From the NCBI GenBank assembly GCA_964187785.1, contig OZ076410.1, forward strand, positions 57,226,001 to 57,290,000: 64,000 bases of DNA, read 5' to 3'. This stretch comes from Amphiscolops sp. MND2022 (lineage: Eukaryota). The notes under the pieces were generated by a model. It had not been told where the DNA came from, did no database searches, and saw nothing but the letters and a program-made list of their open reading frames with translations. Below, piece after piece: positions 1 through 11,629 of this stretch. The stretch's first letter is position 1; each line of letters opens with the position of its first letter. The position numbers and the translations under genes are program-made.

Positions 1-383
1 TTTGCCAGTTGTGTCATACTATTATGTACATTGTTTGATTCATTTTGCGACCGTATATAGCCATATTCAATTGATTCTTTGACTCTCAAACGATCTATAG
101 AAAAGCCGAAATCTATAGCAGATTTCACATTGCATAATCTACCCCCCAAAAAAAGACTTCAACTGTCAGATAATCCAAAAACCGAATACAATTAAAATGC
201 ATGAAAACACATAAAAGACTCATACAACACAAAAAGCCTCACCTTTCACCTGACATACAAAAGGCTCCGCTCTACGAGAGACATCTCGCCGCGTATACTC
301 GTTCCCCAGCTCTCCATCAGACGCATCACATTTCGGAATCTCGTAATACTTGATGGACAGTTTATGAAAAAGCACAACTAGAG

Positions 384-805
384 TTAAGAAGAACTTTCAG
401 AACTCAGCGTAGGACGATTAGCTTCAGTTTCCGATTCTTGCTCCAAAGCCATTCGCTGCTCCAAAGTCAAACTTAGCGCTGGCTCCAAGTAGACCGGTAG
501 TTCAGTCATGCGTTCCAACTTGATGCGTTGCTCTTCCTCAGCTGTAACAGGGCAACATGACTTGTCCAACAGCGGACGCTGAGTCATCATCCTGAATTTT
601 TGCTCCAGACGTGTATGCTCAGCGCCCTTCCAGTGCTCCCAGAGATTTTGTAATCCTCTCCCGGTAATTCTAATATCAGCCCGACACATCATGCATCTGG
701 AATAACCATCAATCACGCGTTTGTGTTGTGGGAAATCGACAAATACGCCTACTACTGATGATTCGAAGTTAGACGTTTTCAGCGTGTTGGTTTTCCTTCT
801 CCTGA
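384..805 (-). pseudogene. Zinc-finger exon of antisense cargo gene, member A (hAT-transposase-like ZnF)
   Basis: CMMC-x16-HWKGAEH. The exon follows a long pyrimidine tract ending TTTTGTTTTAG (AG at 807-806, phase 1). The reading continues past two stops as LCFFINCPSSITRFRNVMRLMESWG toward ~215. Confidence 0.7.
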
Positions 806-1402
806 CTAAAACAAAAAGAGCCTCAACCAAAAAGACATATAAAAGAAAGAGAAAGAAAAACAAAAAAACCAAAAACAAAAAAACTGTGACTGGTTATTTT
901 AAAGTCGAATTAACAAAAACTCAACTTAACCTTACGCGTATAACATTACTTGTGATCTTTGAAGTTCTTACCAAGCTTACTCCCCGAGGACGTCCCGGCA
1001 ACACCGTCACCAGCTGACGATGCAGACGCCACCTTTCCTAACCCAGATGGCAGGTGAGACCCCACACTCTAGACATCACGCAGGTGCACCCTGACTCTCC
1101 CTGACTGACACTGAAGGCACAGTATCAGAGGACCGACAAACTGCAGCTTCCGATAACGTCTGGGGAGATTCTGACAATCACTAAAAACTGATGATATAAC
1201 GGAACAACTACAGTATCCAGATAGTAGTAAGGGCATAATTGGAAGTAACGACTAGGAAAAGTCAAAGCTGGTAGAAAGGAATATGTGGCCTGATCAACTA
1301 CTTTTCCCAACCACCCCCACTTACCATAGTTCAAAAGACAAATCGATGCTTCATAGCCCAAATCCGACATTTCACCCTAACCAGTTTCAAAAAGGTTCAT
1401 GT

Positions 1403-2704
1403 ACACCTGACCATTACAGTCGTCACCAACCATATTAGCCCTTTACCTATAAATTCCTCAGGCCAGCCAATATTCCACCCCTACCAAAGAAGACGTTCAG
1501 ATGATGGAGATAAAGTGAGCACACCATTAAATACAAAGCCAAGTATTCGATGCAATAACAAATATACAAGTGGAATTGATAAAGTGAAGTTGAATCCAAC
1601 TGACAGCCACGAACACCAACTAACATTCCAAGGAATACCGACTGGTTATTTCGAGTACTATTTACTCTAATCCGAATACTTCACAACGAACGCACACAAC
1701 AGGATGGCGTGGCATAAATTTGCCACTGTTAAGTATTTACTTCTACACAGACTGATCAGTAGTGACGTCACAATTCACTCTCTCTTTCCTGCTTTTCGCA
1801 GTATCGTTATGTATTTTCGACCGGACTCAACAATGACGCTTACGACTGTTACCACTAGCCATTCGATCTGCTATTCCTACGACACCACTGCTGTTACTCT
1901 CCAAGTAACAAAATGTCCACGAACGAGATTGCCAACAATACCTAGCCACTAAACGATGCTCAATCACATGACAGGATCCAACGACTGAAACCTTCAGTCG
2001 TCCCGAACGAACAAACTCTATGTTCAAACCAATTCAACTACATCCGATTAGCAGCCATGCTATTTTTCCTCCCGCGATACTTCACTTTTTTCAAAAGAGG
2101 CGGAGTGTCTTGCTCAATCGCAAGATTGGATCTAACGACTGAAAACTCCAGCCGTCATAAACTTAGAAAAAACTGTCCAAATATATACATGGAAGAGGAC
2201 CAGCATAACTAGTCGTCCAGTATCCTATACCATTCATGCAAACTAAAGTACTACACATTCTCTGTCATAGTGCATCGATATTTTTTTCTATAATTGCATC
2301 GATTTATCGAATTTAAAAACATTTTCACAGTCATAATTTGGAAATCATTTGAAAATTACGACTAATGCTAGTAGTCGCTCGCCATATTAGAAGCATCGTT
2401 CGAACAATTATTTTTTCATTAGTAGTAAAATTGCAATAATTACATGTAACGAGGATTAGTGCTATCATCACATTGAATACTGCAAGATACTCTAGCCAGT
2501 GATTAACAGGTGCAATTTGATATTGTGTTTCAAGTACAGATGATCTTAACGACTAGAGTCCATAGTCGTACCTGCGAAACGATTATCACCTAGTATATGA
2601 AACAAATAAAAGCCACAACTAAACGACGTTAATTGATAATTGAGTACTTGTAAAAAGTACTAACCAACTTCAGTGAGATTTGGACTACCACCAAGTGTAG
2701 TCGT
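1403..2704. promoter_or_regulatory. Array of 8 spaced palindromes ACGACT-N9-AGTCGT
   Basis: Sites start at 1403, 1842, 1981, 2135, 2196, 2358, 2549 and 2684. Two are perfect (1981, 2549), two have 1 mismatch (2135, 2358) and four have 2 mismatches. All span 21 bp. The regulatory function is inferred. Confidence 0.6.
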
Positions 2705-2823
2705 TACATTACCCGATTCTGATTTCGTTTTTTTTACAGTCAACTATATACAGCAATATCTCAGTACAATAAACTTCCTTCTACTCAATTCATTTCTTAA
2801 AAAAACTAAATAACCTTCTCAAG

Positions 2824-3312
2824 ATGGTAAATACCAGAGCTCAAACTTCGCAAAACAACCCGAATAGAGAAGACGAAATGAACGATTATGACGACAATTC
2901 TAGCGATATTAGTTTGCAAGAATTTAGTACCCGCACCTTCGAGTTAGAGAATATTGTTAACAACTTCAGTGAACAGGAAAGAGAACATGAAAGAGTACGT
3001 ATTGAACGCAGGTTCAATGAAATGAACAGACAGATTAGAGAATTATACCCACTAGTGCGAACCCTAATGGATAGAATTTTCCCGAGTAATCGAGAAGAGA
3101 ATGGCAGTAATTCGTCGCAAAATAGATCCCAAGCCATTCTGACACTGTTTACTGATTGTTTCCTGTGTAACTTTCCCATAGTGACTCAGGACTTTGGAGA
3201 GCATTTTTCTCCGTCTCTGCAATCCACAGGATTCATAAGTTACAAGTTTTCAATAGCTCTTGAATTGAGCTTTCAGTTGGTACATTCACATTTCTCAGTC
3301 TTAAACAGGTGA
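2824..3312 (+). CDS. LTR-embedded ORF (probable Gag N-terminus) reading through the LTR end at 3144 into flanking DNA
   Basis: MVNTRAQ... with a coiled-coil-like stretch (ERRFNEMNRQIRELYPLVRTLM). Its position is analogous to the ORFs in the other LTRs of this window. Confidence 0.5.
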   Translation: MVNTRAQTSQNNPNREDEMNDYDDNSSDISLQEFSTRTFELENIVNNFSEQEREHERVRIERRFNEMNRQIRELYPLVRTLMDRIFPSNREENGSNSSQNRSQAILTLFTDCFLCNFPIVTQDFGEHFSPSLQSTGFISYKFSIALELSFQLVHSHFSVLNR

Positions 3313-3529
3313 GGAGTTATTAGGATTCTCGTTAGAATTTCGGAAGCCAGAATACGTTATCGTAATTTTTCGTACATTTTTGCATGCAAAATTTTTCAGC
3401 AAGTTGAAGCATTTTGACTATGAAAACGAATAGAAATAGTCGTTGTTGGGTGAAATGAGCCTTTAGATTGAGTCTCGGCTGCTGGTACCGGAGATATAGT
3501 CTTTTTTATAATCATAGAATTTTGTCCAT

Positions 3530-3670
3530 CGTGATAAGATACAATCTTGGAATAATGGATTATCTTAGTATGATCTTAATAAGAATCTTGCCATGGGTTC
3601 CATGGTCGCCAAGATGTAGTACGAATTTGGTAAGATCTTACCAAGATGCTAGCAAGAGGGTCAACCCGGG
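3530..3670. mobile_element. Truncated end of a CACTA/CMC-like non-autonomous element
   Basis: A cluster of CAAGAT/ATCTTG and CCATGG motifs like those at 23759-23890, ending in ...GTCAACCCGGG (CCC-type terminus). No partner end was seen. Confidence 0.4.
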
Positions 3671-4899
3671 TGTATATCTGTCTGCATTTCACTTTGGAAC
3701 GATCTTGTTTCAGACTTGTGCCACATTGTGTCAGGCCAAAAACTACTTGAAGTTTGAAATCGAAAAGTGCCTGGAGTTCGTTATCGGGTTCTTCGCTGTT
3801 GTTCAAGGAATGACGTTTGTACTTAAACCAAGTGTTAGAGACAATAATGTTCCACGAAATACAAGACTACCTTCAAGTGGACCCCCTTTTCAAGTATGAT
3901 TTGAATGACACATCATACTTGAAAAGGGAAACTAAAAACCCTTACTCCGAGTTAAGTCTACATTTTGATCCGATCGATCTACATTTTGTTGAGCAAGGGT
4001 TTCTGGGATCTGTAAATTGCTCCGGTTTGAATGTGGAAACTGAAGTGGAACTATCTTTTCCACATTCCCGTACTATACACCTGTGTTTCCTGTAGTTTGT
4101 TTTCACCACGGTTGAACATTGCTTTTATTGATATTTATAATACTTACGTCATTATTGATACTGCTCTGGTGTTATTATTTAACTACAATTCAACTTTTCA
4201 CAGTCTCAATAATATCGTTTGTTCAGATTCAGTTCACGTTCCAACATTTTTGGTTACTTCTAACTCTAATTCTACCGGGTTGGGCTCAAAATAATCGATT
4301 GGATAAATTTAGTTTTGTCTAAAATCTCAAGGATGAAAAATGTCTAATGAGAGCCTTCTCTACGATTAAAGCGATCAGAAGCTTGACAAACCTCTATTGG
4401 TAAATGTTATCAACGAAATACAGTTTTTTTCATAGAACCATGATAACCGAACAACTGTCATCTAAAACTTTAGAATTTATTTTTTTCCTGAAAAATTCAT
4501 GCTCCAAACTGGCTTTTGTTTGCTTTGTAATGAAATTTGAAAACAAAAATTGTAATATTAAAAAGTTTTCATCGACATTCTAATTAATCAAATAAAGCAG
4601 TTTTAATATTGAAGTCGTCTTAAACTGAGTTCTACAACTTTTTTAACCAAAAACCGATACAAGTATTTCGAATCGAATGAGTTACACCGATTTTTTTTAA
4701 ACTGTAACATTAGTTTGAAAGATCGTTTTTTCTTCTCCAAAACTTCATAGAAATACCCATGGACTAGAGATATAGATCGAAAAGGCGATAAAACTTTAAC
4801 AAATAGTACTTATGAACGTGAGATATCCATATGTACAAAATATGCGATCGAGTTGCTAACAAATTGCGCACAAATACATTTTCCACTAACATATTTAAG

Positions 4900-4980
4900 T
4901 GCTGACCAACAGCATTGTATTGTTGACCAACAACACTGTATTGTTGACTTACAATACAATTGTAAGTGCTGACCAACAAT
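4900..4980. repeat. Short degenerate tandem repeat (~21-bp unit, TGACCAACA.CA.TGTATTG); mirrored at ~32311-32430
   Basis: Read directly from the sequence. Confidence 0.6.
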
Positions 4981-5941
4981 ACTTGAATTCGACACTGATT
5001 TATACGAATCGGTTTTTACTGATGATTAAACAATTGGTTAAATTAGATAAAATTACGCTATAAGAGGCGTTTATTTCAAAACAAGTCACGTTCATTTCAA
5101 ACGTTCCTCAACTCTTCTGATTACCAACAACAGGATTAAATTATTACCAGCATTATGATTTGGAAGGTAACATCTCACGTTTTGTGTCTTCTGTTGCTGA
5201 TTTCAATGTCTCTGGAAACGCCGCAGCCAAAGAAAGTGCCTCAAAAATGGTTCGTAGCTTGGTGCCTTTAAGTTCGGAGCTTTAAGGGTGTTTTCCTTTC
5301 AAACACTTACTTTCCTAGTTGGTTCTCAGTTCTCAGGCCGAAGACTTTCGGTAGAGCCGAATGGCTCATTCTTCGTCCCTTTTGATGTTTAATATTCAAT
5401 TTTTTGGACACACGTTAAAAGTTGATTTAGGTAATATCAAATATTTAAATTTTCAAAATGCATCAAACTAAGGAAAATGGATGCAGCATTCAAAACCTAA
5501 ACAATTCTCGGAAAACAAGTGATATTGTCGTCTGGAGAAAATTCAGTGAATTATGTCGGTGCATGATATTAGAAAAGGAAATAACTTAGTTGAAATAGAA
5601 TTTTTATCTAAATGGTATACTCACGTGTGATCTTGGAGGGCTTATCAATTGGACATTCTCTAATCTTTTATTGAGTTCATAAATTTCCTTGATACTATTT
5701 CGCATTTTTTAAGTCGACCCTTTCGATAGAAAACACAGACTATAATAATGGTTTTTTTGAAACCAGCGAACTATAAGTTCTATATGTTGAGTTTCAACTA
5801 ACTTGCTAACTTGCTCCCACCCACTTAGAGTTTTTCTGCACCTTGCGACTTACCTAAGACTTTTTTGGAAAAAATTTTAGAAAATTTTGAAGATTTTTTA
5901 TCACACAATTTTTGATTTTCTGACTTTTTCTGTTAAGGAAA

Positions 5942-6734
5942 CCCATGTTGAGCTTTCCTTGAGAATCTGTACAGATCTGTGAGCCTTTTTTCCTTGAGGA
6001 TCTGTAAAGATCGTGCCACTGCTACGTAAGGACAACTGCAGATCTGCAAGGATCTTTAAGGATGTTCAAGGATTTTCTGTACAGATTGTTCAGGAAATTT
6101 TTTCGCAGGGCTTCTGGGAAACAATGTATTGCATTTTTGGGCTTCTTCAACAAGTATTTTTGCTGACCAAGGCTCAGTCAGTTGAAAATCTCCATCACTC
6201 AAAATTCTTGAGCAGGAAAACTTGTCCCCATCAAGGTAATTTTGGTGTCTGGGGAATGTTTGGTATAGGTTTTGCACGGTAATTTATCAATTTCACTCGA
6301 ACTTTCCAGAAGTTGCTGTTCAACTTTGAGCGGCTCGTTTGCTATATTGACTTCGATTTGGCGGATGTAATTATACACGTGGCTACCGTCTGGGTTGGTA
6401 GAGGTGTTGAAAAAGGAATGTGGTTGTAGTATTTCGGGAACATGGTTAGCTGGAGTAGTTTTAGTAATTGCTGGAATCATTTTAGTCATTTTTGTATGGT
6501 TTATTTACGCCCAATCCTGGAATATCTGTCAGGATCTGTACAGATCTGTACAGATTCGCACAGAAACTTTTTTCAAAACTTTAACTAGGAGGCGTGTGTA
6601 TCTTGTAGAGCACTTTTTATTCAACTAATTTCAATTTCAAAACTTTTTTGACTGGTTAATTTTCGAAAAATCCTGGAATATCTGTCAGGATCTATACAGA
6701 TCTGTACAGATTCGCAAGGAGTGCTCAACATGGG
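5942..6734. mobile_element. 793-bp MITE with ~39-bp imperfect TIRs (CCCATGTTGAGC...), left arm only
   Basis: CCCATGTTGAGC at 5942 and GCTCAACATGGG ending at 6734, AA on both sides, and AGATCTGTAC subterminal repeats. It is absent from the mirrored position (~31300-31380), where about 65 bp of different sequence is present instead. Confidence 0.8.
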
Positions 6735-7160
6735 AAACTGTTTTCCGAGTCTTAAGGGTGACATCGTTTTTTTTGGTTCTGACGGGACTGACGGAGAATT
6801 TTCTCAAAAATTGTGGAGAAGACACGGTTTTTTCGAAACTTGGGAACCCCTTATCCAAAAATTGTTCATTTCTTCAAAGGGTTTTTCAAGTTTTCGGATT
6901 GAAAAAAGCGTTGTGCGAACTTAAGGATCTCCTTTAGTGTTTTTCGGCACTATGAGATTTTTCCGGAAAGTAAAAGATTTCGAAATCTTTTTCTCAAAAA
7001 TCGGATTTTTTGATGTTTGGAGTTGAGGAGAAAGTTCTTTTCGAGTCTTTGTGGGTATTCCTTCGGGTATATTTTGGCACAGTGATTTTTTGCATATTCA
7101 AGACATTTTACTCTATTTGAACCTTGAGCGGGGTGCCGACTTGGGCCGTTCGCAGCTTGT
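6735..7160 (-). mobile_element. Fragment of a Helentron/HINE-like repeat family (mirror ~30884-31300)
   Basis: Its start, ACAAGCTGCGAACGGCCCAAGTCGGC..CAAGGTTCAAATAG, resembles the 5' end of the element at 61236. The internal TCTCATAGTGCCGAAAA motif resembles that element's tandem unit. Confidence 0.4.
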
Positions 7161-8726
7161 TTTTTTTTGGTTTAAAAACGAGATTGAATGAAAGTTGAAA
7201 TATAATGTAATTTTTAGGGGCGAAGTGAGAGATAGATTCGCGATGAAATTCTACAGGCTGAAAAAAGAGGGACAGCTGGATAATTCCCACAGCTTCCAGT
7301 CGTTTTGCGTGGCACAGTGTGAAGCGATGTGCGAAGATACTATTTGCTTACAAGATTGCAAATGTTTTGCATGTTTGGTCGTTTATTTTCCAGACTTCAA
7401 GTGTGCCAGCAAACCATGCAGCTCAAAAGATGCTCGACAGAAATGAATAAATCCTAGTCACAAAACTATGAACTACATACTACTACACTATTTAATGGCT
7501 TTATAATTCTAGCTTTAAATTGACAAGTTCTTTGGTTCTATGCGGTCCACAACTTGAAGAATTCGCAGGAAACCTTTGATTTTCAACAAAGTTTTCCAAT
7601 TCGTTGTTCTTTTTCTTCATAGAGCTAGTTTGAAATCTCAGAAGTAGCTAGATGATGGTAGTTAGACGACCCAGATAGTAGGAGCCCGCTCCGAGGGCAC
7701 AAACCCCCGAAGTTCAACTTTTACTCCACAAGCATCGTACCATCATTCTCTTACTTACATAGCTTTTACAAAATCTCTCACTTACTTAGAGCTTCTCTGG
7801 CTTCTCAAGATGACGTTTTTGTTACCCTTTTTGAATTCAATAAATACGCATTACTTTCATTCAAAGAAATAGTAATGTGAGGTAGTACGTTCCCTCTTAT
7901 TGGATTGTCGGAGTCGATATCCATACTATGTGCAAGAAAAACATTAGTTCACAAAACTTTGTCCACAAAAAACTGCACACAAAAATTGTTTTGTTGAATG
8001 GGAAACTCCGTATAATAACTCAAATCATACAATAATTGACGATAATCTGCTCTCAAACAAGATGGAATTCTTGTCTAAACGTCTCAAGTCGGCGCTACAC
8101 TTGAGGCTCAAAAAGCGCATTTTTAAAGACTTTTTAAAATGAGAAACTAACAAAAAAGCGTCGAAACACCCGAAGGTGCCTTTCGTGCTCGGAAAACGCT
8201 TCAAAAGTTTGGATATACCGTGCTGGGGCACATCGAAGTGCCGTTTTGAACCCTCCTTTTTTCGAACCCTCCTTTTTTGTCCTCGTTCCTTAGGAAAATG
8301 CAAGTTACTTCGAATATAACTTCAAAATGTATTAAAAATTTTTCGTATGTTGAGCTATCTGATGCTCGATCTCGCCTTTGGTGAAACGCAGCTTTCGTCG
8401 GATGTAACGTCAAATCACATCGGCGTGAACACAAATGAAAATTTATAAAGAAAATGAAATAAATATTGAGTCACTTTACGGAAATACCATTATCAATGAT
8501 GCTAGGAAAAGCTCAATATCTGGATGAGAATATAGAATTGGATTGTCGTTTATGCGATATCGATATGATTCTGGTATTTGTACGTACGCATTTATGCACA
8601 TGTAAGCAAAATTACAAAATCTTACATTGCAAGACATACGTCGGACGAATACATGAGTTTGTTGTAAAACATAACTCTGTACATTTCAATACCGACAGAT
8701 AGTTACGTAACAACATTAATTCATCA

Positions 8727-10237
8727 TGTAGTGTTGGAGTTTAGGTTACTTGGAAAATTGTTTTCGGATATTTCCTCATGGACATTCTCATTATGCTCGA
8801 TTGTAACAGCTGAACACCCCTGTTCAGATGAAGCGCTGGACAAGTTATATACTTTGGAGGATAGATTCTCAATCAGCCTTAAGATTTCCCTTTGGCCAAA
8901 TTCAGCATCTCGCAAACGTTTAGAGATTTTGTTTTCGATTTTGTTAGAGATATCTTCGAAAGTTCGTTCTGACAGCTGGATGTTCTCATCGTTAGATAAA
9001 CTCGCTACTTCTACATCTGAGTGGCCACTAGAAGGGTCACTTTTTAGTATGCGCTTATGAGATTTTTCTGGCATAGTTTGAGTGGAAAACAGGTAATAGA
9101 TTAATTATCGAGTGATTCTTTAGGAACTGGGAAACAATTCAGTCTATCAACTGACAAAACACTAGTTGGAACAATAGTAATACATGCAAGAGATTCAAAC
9201 TGATCGAAGTATGGAATTTAAAGTAAACGAGATTGAGTTTTATCAAATAGAAAGCAAGTAACAAATTCAAGTTTACACGAGAATTGAAAATAATCTTGAG
9301 TCCTTTCCTAATCCCGCGCCAGGTATGTATACTTTACGCTAGACACGCGGGAAAAACCTCGCGCGTGAATTCACACCTTGTTCAATTCGGTGTACTTATA
9401 AAGCGGGGAAAGCCAAATAAAGTAATCTTCCTCGTGACTCGACGGTCTGCTTCATCTCATTTCCTGCCGCTACCCAATTCCGGGTACCTTTCTTCTTCAT
9501 TCACCGCTTTTTCAAGACTCCGAGTCAAAATAGGCACAGAAGTTCATGAACCTAGCTACTGAAGCGGGAATGGGAAATGATTTTTTTTCGACAAAAAAGA
9601 AATATCACAAAGAAATGGATTACGAAACTGCACTCAATATAGAGGACTGACACTCAAACAAACTTCAGACATCGTCATCATTCATCACTTCTCGAATTAT
9701 TGGGGGAGGGGGGAGGACGTTGAATCAATGGATGAATGGCAACAATCAACGGATATGAATTAACCATTATGCAAGATTCATAACTTAGTAAATTACGTGA
9801 ACTATTCCACTCATGACACTGGCAAACGGTATAATAGTCGACAGTTACATGTTAGTCGTCCTGGTGGTTGACTCAAAGTCAACTTCATGTAGCCTCATTT
9901 TGCAGCTTCAAATTACGTCGGGAGTATTAAGAGTATCTCTAATTCAACACAATAACACACAATGGGTAGGATAACTAGTAATTGACAACACATCAATGCG
10001 GTCTTTCAATTATAATGACGAGTAGGTTATCCTGGCTGCCGACCTAGACAGAAGATTTTAGTCGATTGCCTGGGCTGTTGACTCAATTTTGAAAAGCTCA
10101 TTTTTACAATCATAGTATTAAATCATCATTTATATCGTTCCTTTGGATCACTTTTAGTGTTCTCTTCTGGAATGAGTTTCTTTTAAGCCCTGTATTACTA
10201 TTAGAATCACATTTGGCATCGTGTAATTGCAATCACA
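8727..10237 (-). mobile_element. Solo LTR (1511 bp), left-arm copy
   Basis: TG...CA termini and a 5-bp TSD CATCA at 8722-8726 and 10238-10242. Contains ORF 9074-8724, which ends at the LTR terminus. Confidence 0.9.
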
Positions 10238-11583
10238 CATCAAACTTTTCAGTCGAGCGACTGAGCGTGCGTCCCATCTTTGCATGACTGGTATGCTGCC
10301 TGGGAGGTTGTCTCAGTTTAGCTAGCATAATTGCGCTCAACGCTAATTGGTTAATAGGCGAGAACATGTAAAATTAGTTGCTGTCGGCCGCTGCTGGTTG
10401 ACGCGCTAGCTGAATTGAATTCAGTCAACGCCCTAGCTGTTTGACTGTAAACAAACTACCGCACTTATTATTATACAACTATTTACATATGTATGTATTG
10501 CAGGTACTGCACAATGGTGTTATTATCATTAATAGTACATTTATATAAATATTTATTATTGTCAAAAATAGTTTGCTAGTTGTTTTCCCTTTCAGGTTTT
10601 ATGGTGATTTTCCAGTCTTTTTCTTGTCATCTTTTCGCTTTCTTCCTCTGGCGTTCCTCTTATGTTTAGAGTCTCGCAGCACTGTCGGGGCTGCGACAGT
10701 CCCCGGTTTTCTTGAGGGGCGTCCACTATTGGAGGAAGTGGAGAAAGTGGCCTGAAGGGTGAAGAATCATTGAGTCATATGACATCCAGGATGAATCAGT
10801 TGTCAAATCGCTGCCCGAAAAATAACTAACTGAGCTTGGGTTGCTAGAGACTGGGCAAGTTGTTCCATTACTGAGGCTGAATAGGCAGCTAGCCATATGG
10901 TCGTATTTTCAGGGCGGGCTCATAAATGTATCGTCAGGGATCACTGGATAATGTATTGTAAAGCGGCAATAAGTTGGTTGGTCTTCTTTTGCCGTATGAA
11001 GTAGCGATCTAATGGCTACCTCATGATCCAAAACAATATGGCCGTCATCCGTTTTGACAATTTCATAACGATTTTCAAATACTGATTCTTGTTGTGCGTC
11101 ACTAATCTTAAATGTTGATTGTGCTTGGGGTAATTGTTGGTAGCTATCTTGGTCGCGATCTAATAGGAAACGATGGTTAGATAACTTGAAATTTTGTGAC
11201 AGAATTCGTTTAATCTCAGTAAAGAGAGTATTACAAAAAATTGTAGAAGAGTAGACGACTGCTCAAGGATTAGCTAAACGTTCAAGTAATGATTTCTTTT
11301 CCCTTTAATCTTGTTCACGCCGGTTGCGTTTTCAACTGGCAGACTGAATGATTTCCATTATGTCATAATAGTATTTTTTGATACTAGTGCTTTCATTGGT
11401 TTCACGCCACGTCTTCGATTGAATGGTATTATTTCAGATTGTATTGTTCAAAGCATGGCAGATTCGACTGACGAAAATACTGCTCGTTTTGCTCTGTCTC
11501 AGGAGATTGGAGTGACAAAAAGTGTTGCCGAAGCTTTCTGAAGGAGAGAAGTCTGTGGAGTGGAGTCAGGTGAGACACAGAAA

Positions 11584-11614
11584 GAGATAGATAGATAGAT
11601 ACAGAGAGAGAGAG
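11584..11614. repeat. (GATA)n/(GA)n microsatellite; longer mirror copy at 19741-19810
   Basis: Read directly from the sequence. Confidence 0.9.
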
Positions 11615-11629
11615 TGGTGTCTATTCTTC

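Larger units (their letters stand above)
1..3144 (+). mobile_element. 3' portion of a probable Ty3/Gypsy LTR retrotransposon (antisense cargo gene plus 3' LTR ending ...CTGACA at 3144)
   Basis: The layout matches the complete element at 34311-44520: a minus-strand zinc-finger gene, then an LTR-like block whose ATG ORF (2824) runs up to a ...ACA end. I could not resolve the LTR start or PPT, and gag/pol would lie left of the window, so the assignment is inferred. Confidence 0.55.

Noticed and set aside
806-878. Hydrophobic N-terminus (MFLVFLFFFLFLL...) suggesting a signal peptide or env-like membrane protein
   Set aside because: It is the translation of a T-rich polypyrimidine tract ending in a TTTTAG acceptor, so most likely intron. 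The same applies to the MFKIVLFVLLIV starts at 12780 and 18398.
3438-3443. Ninth AGTCGT half-site as part of the operator array (also ACGACA-N11-AGTCGC near 43546)
   Set aside because: The spacing does not fit the N9 rule, so they were not counted.
7195-8702. Small ORFs conserved between the two arms, taken as evidence of host genes
   Set aside because: Their conservation merely reflects the duplication. They have no recognisable domains.
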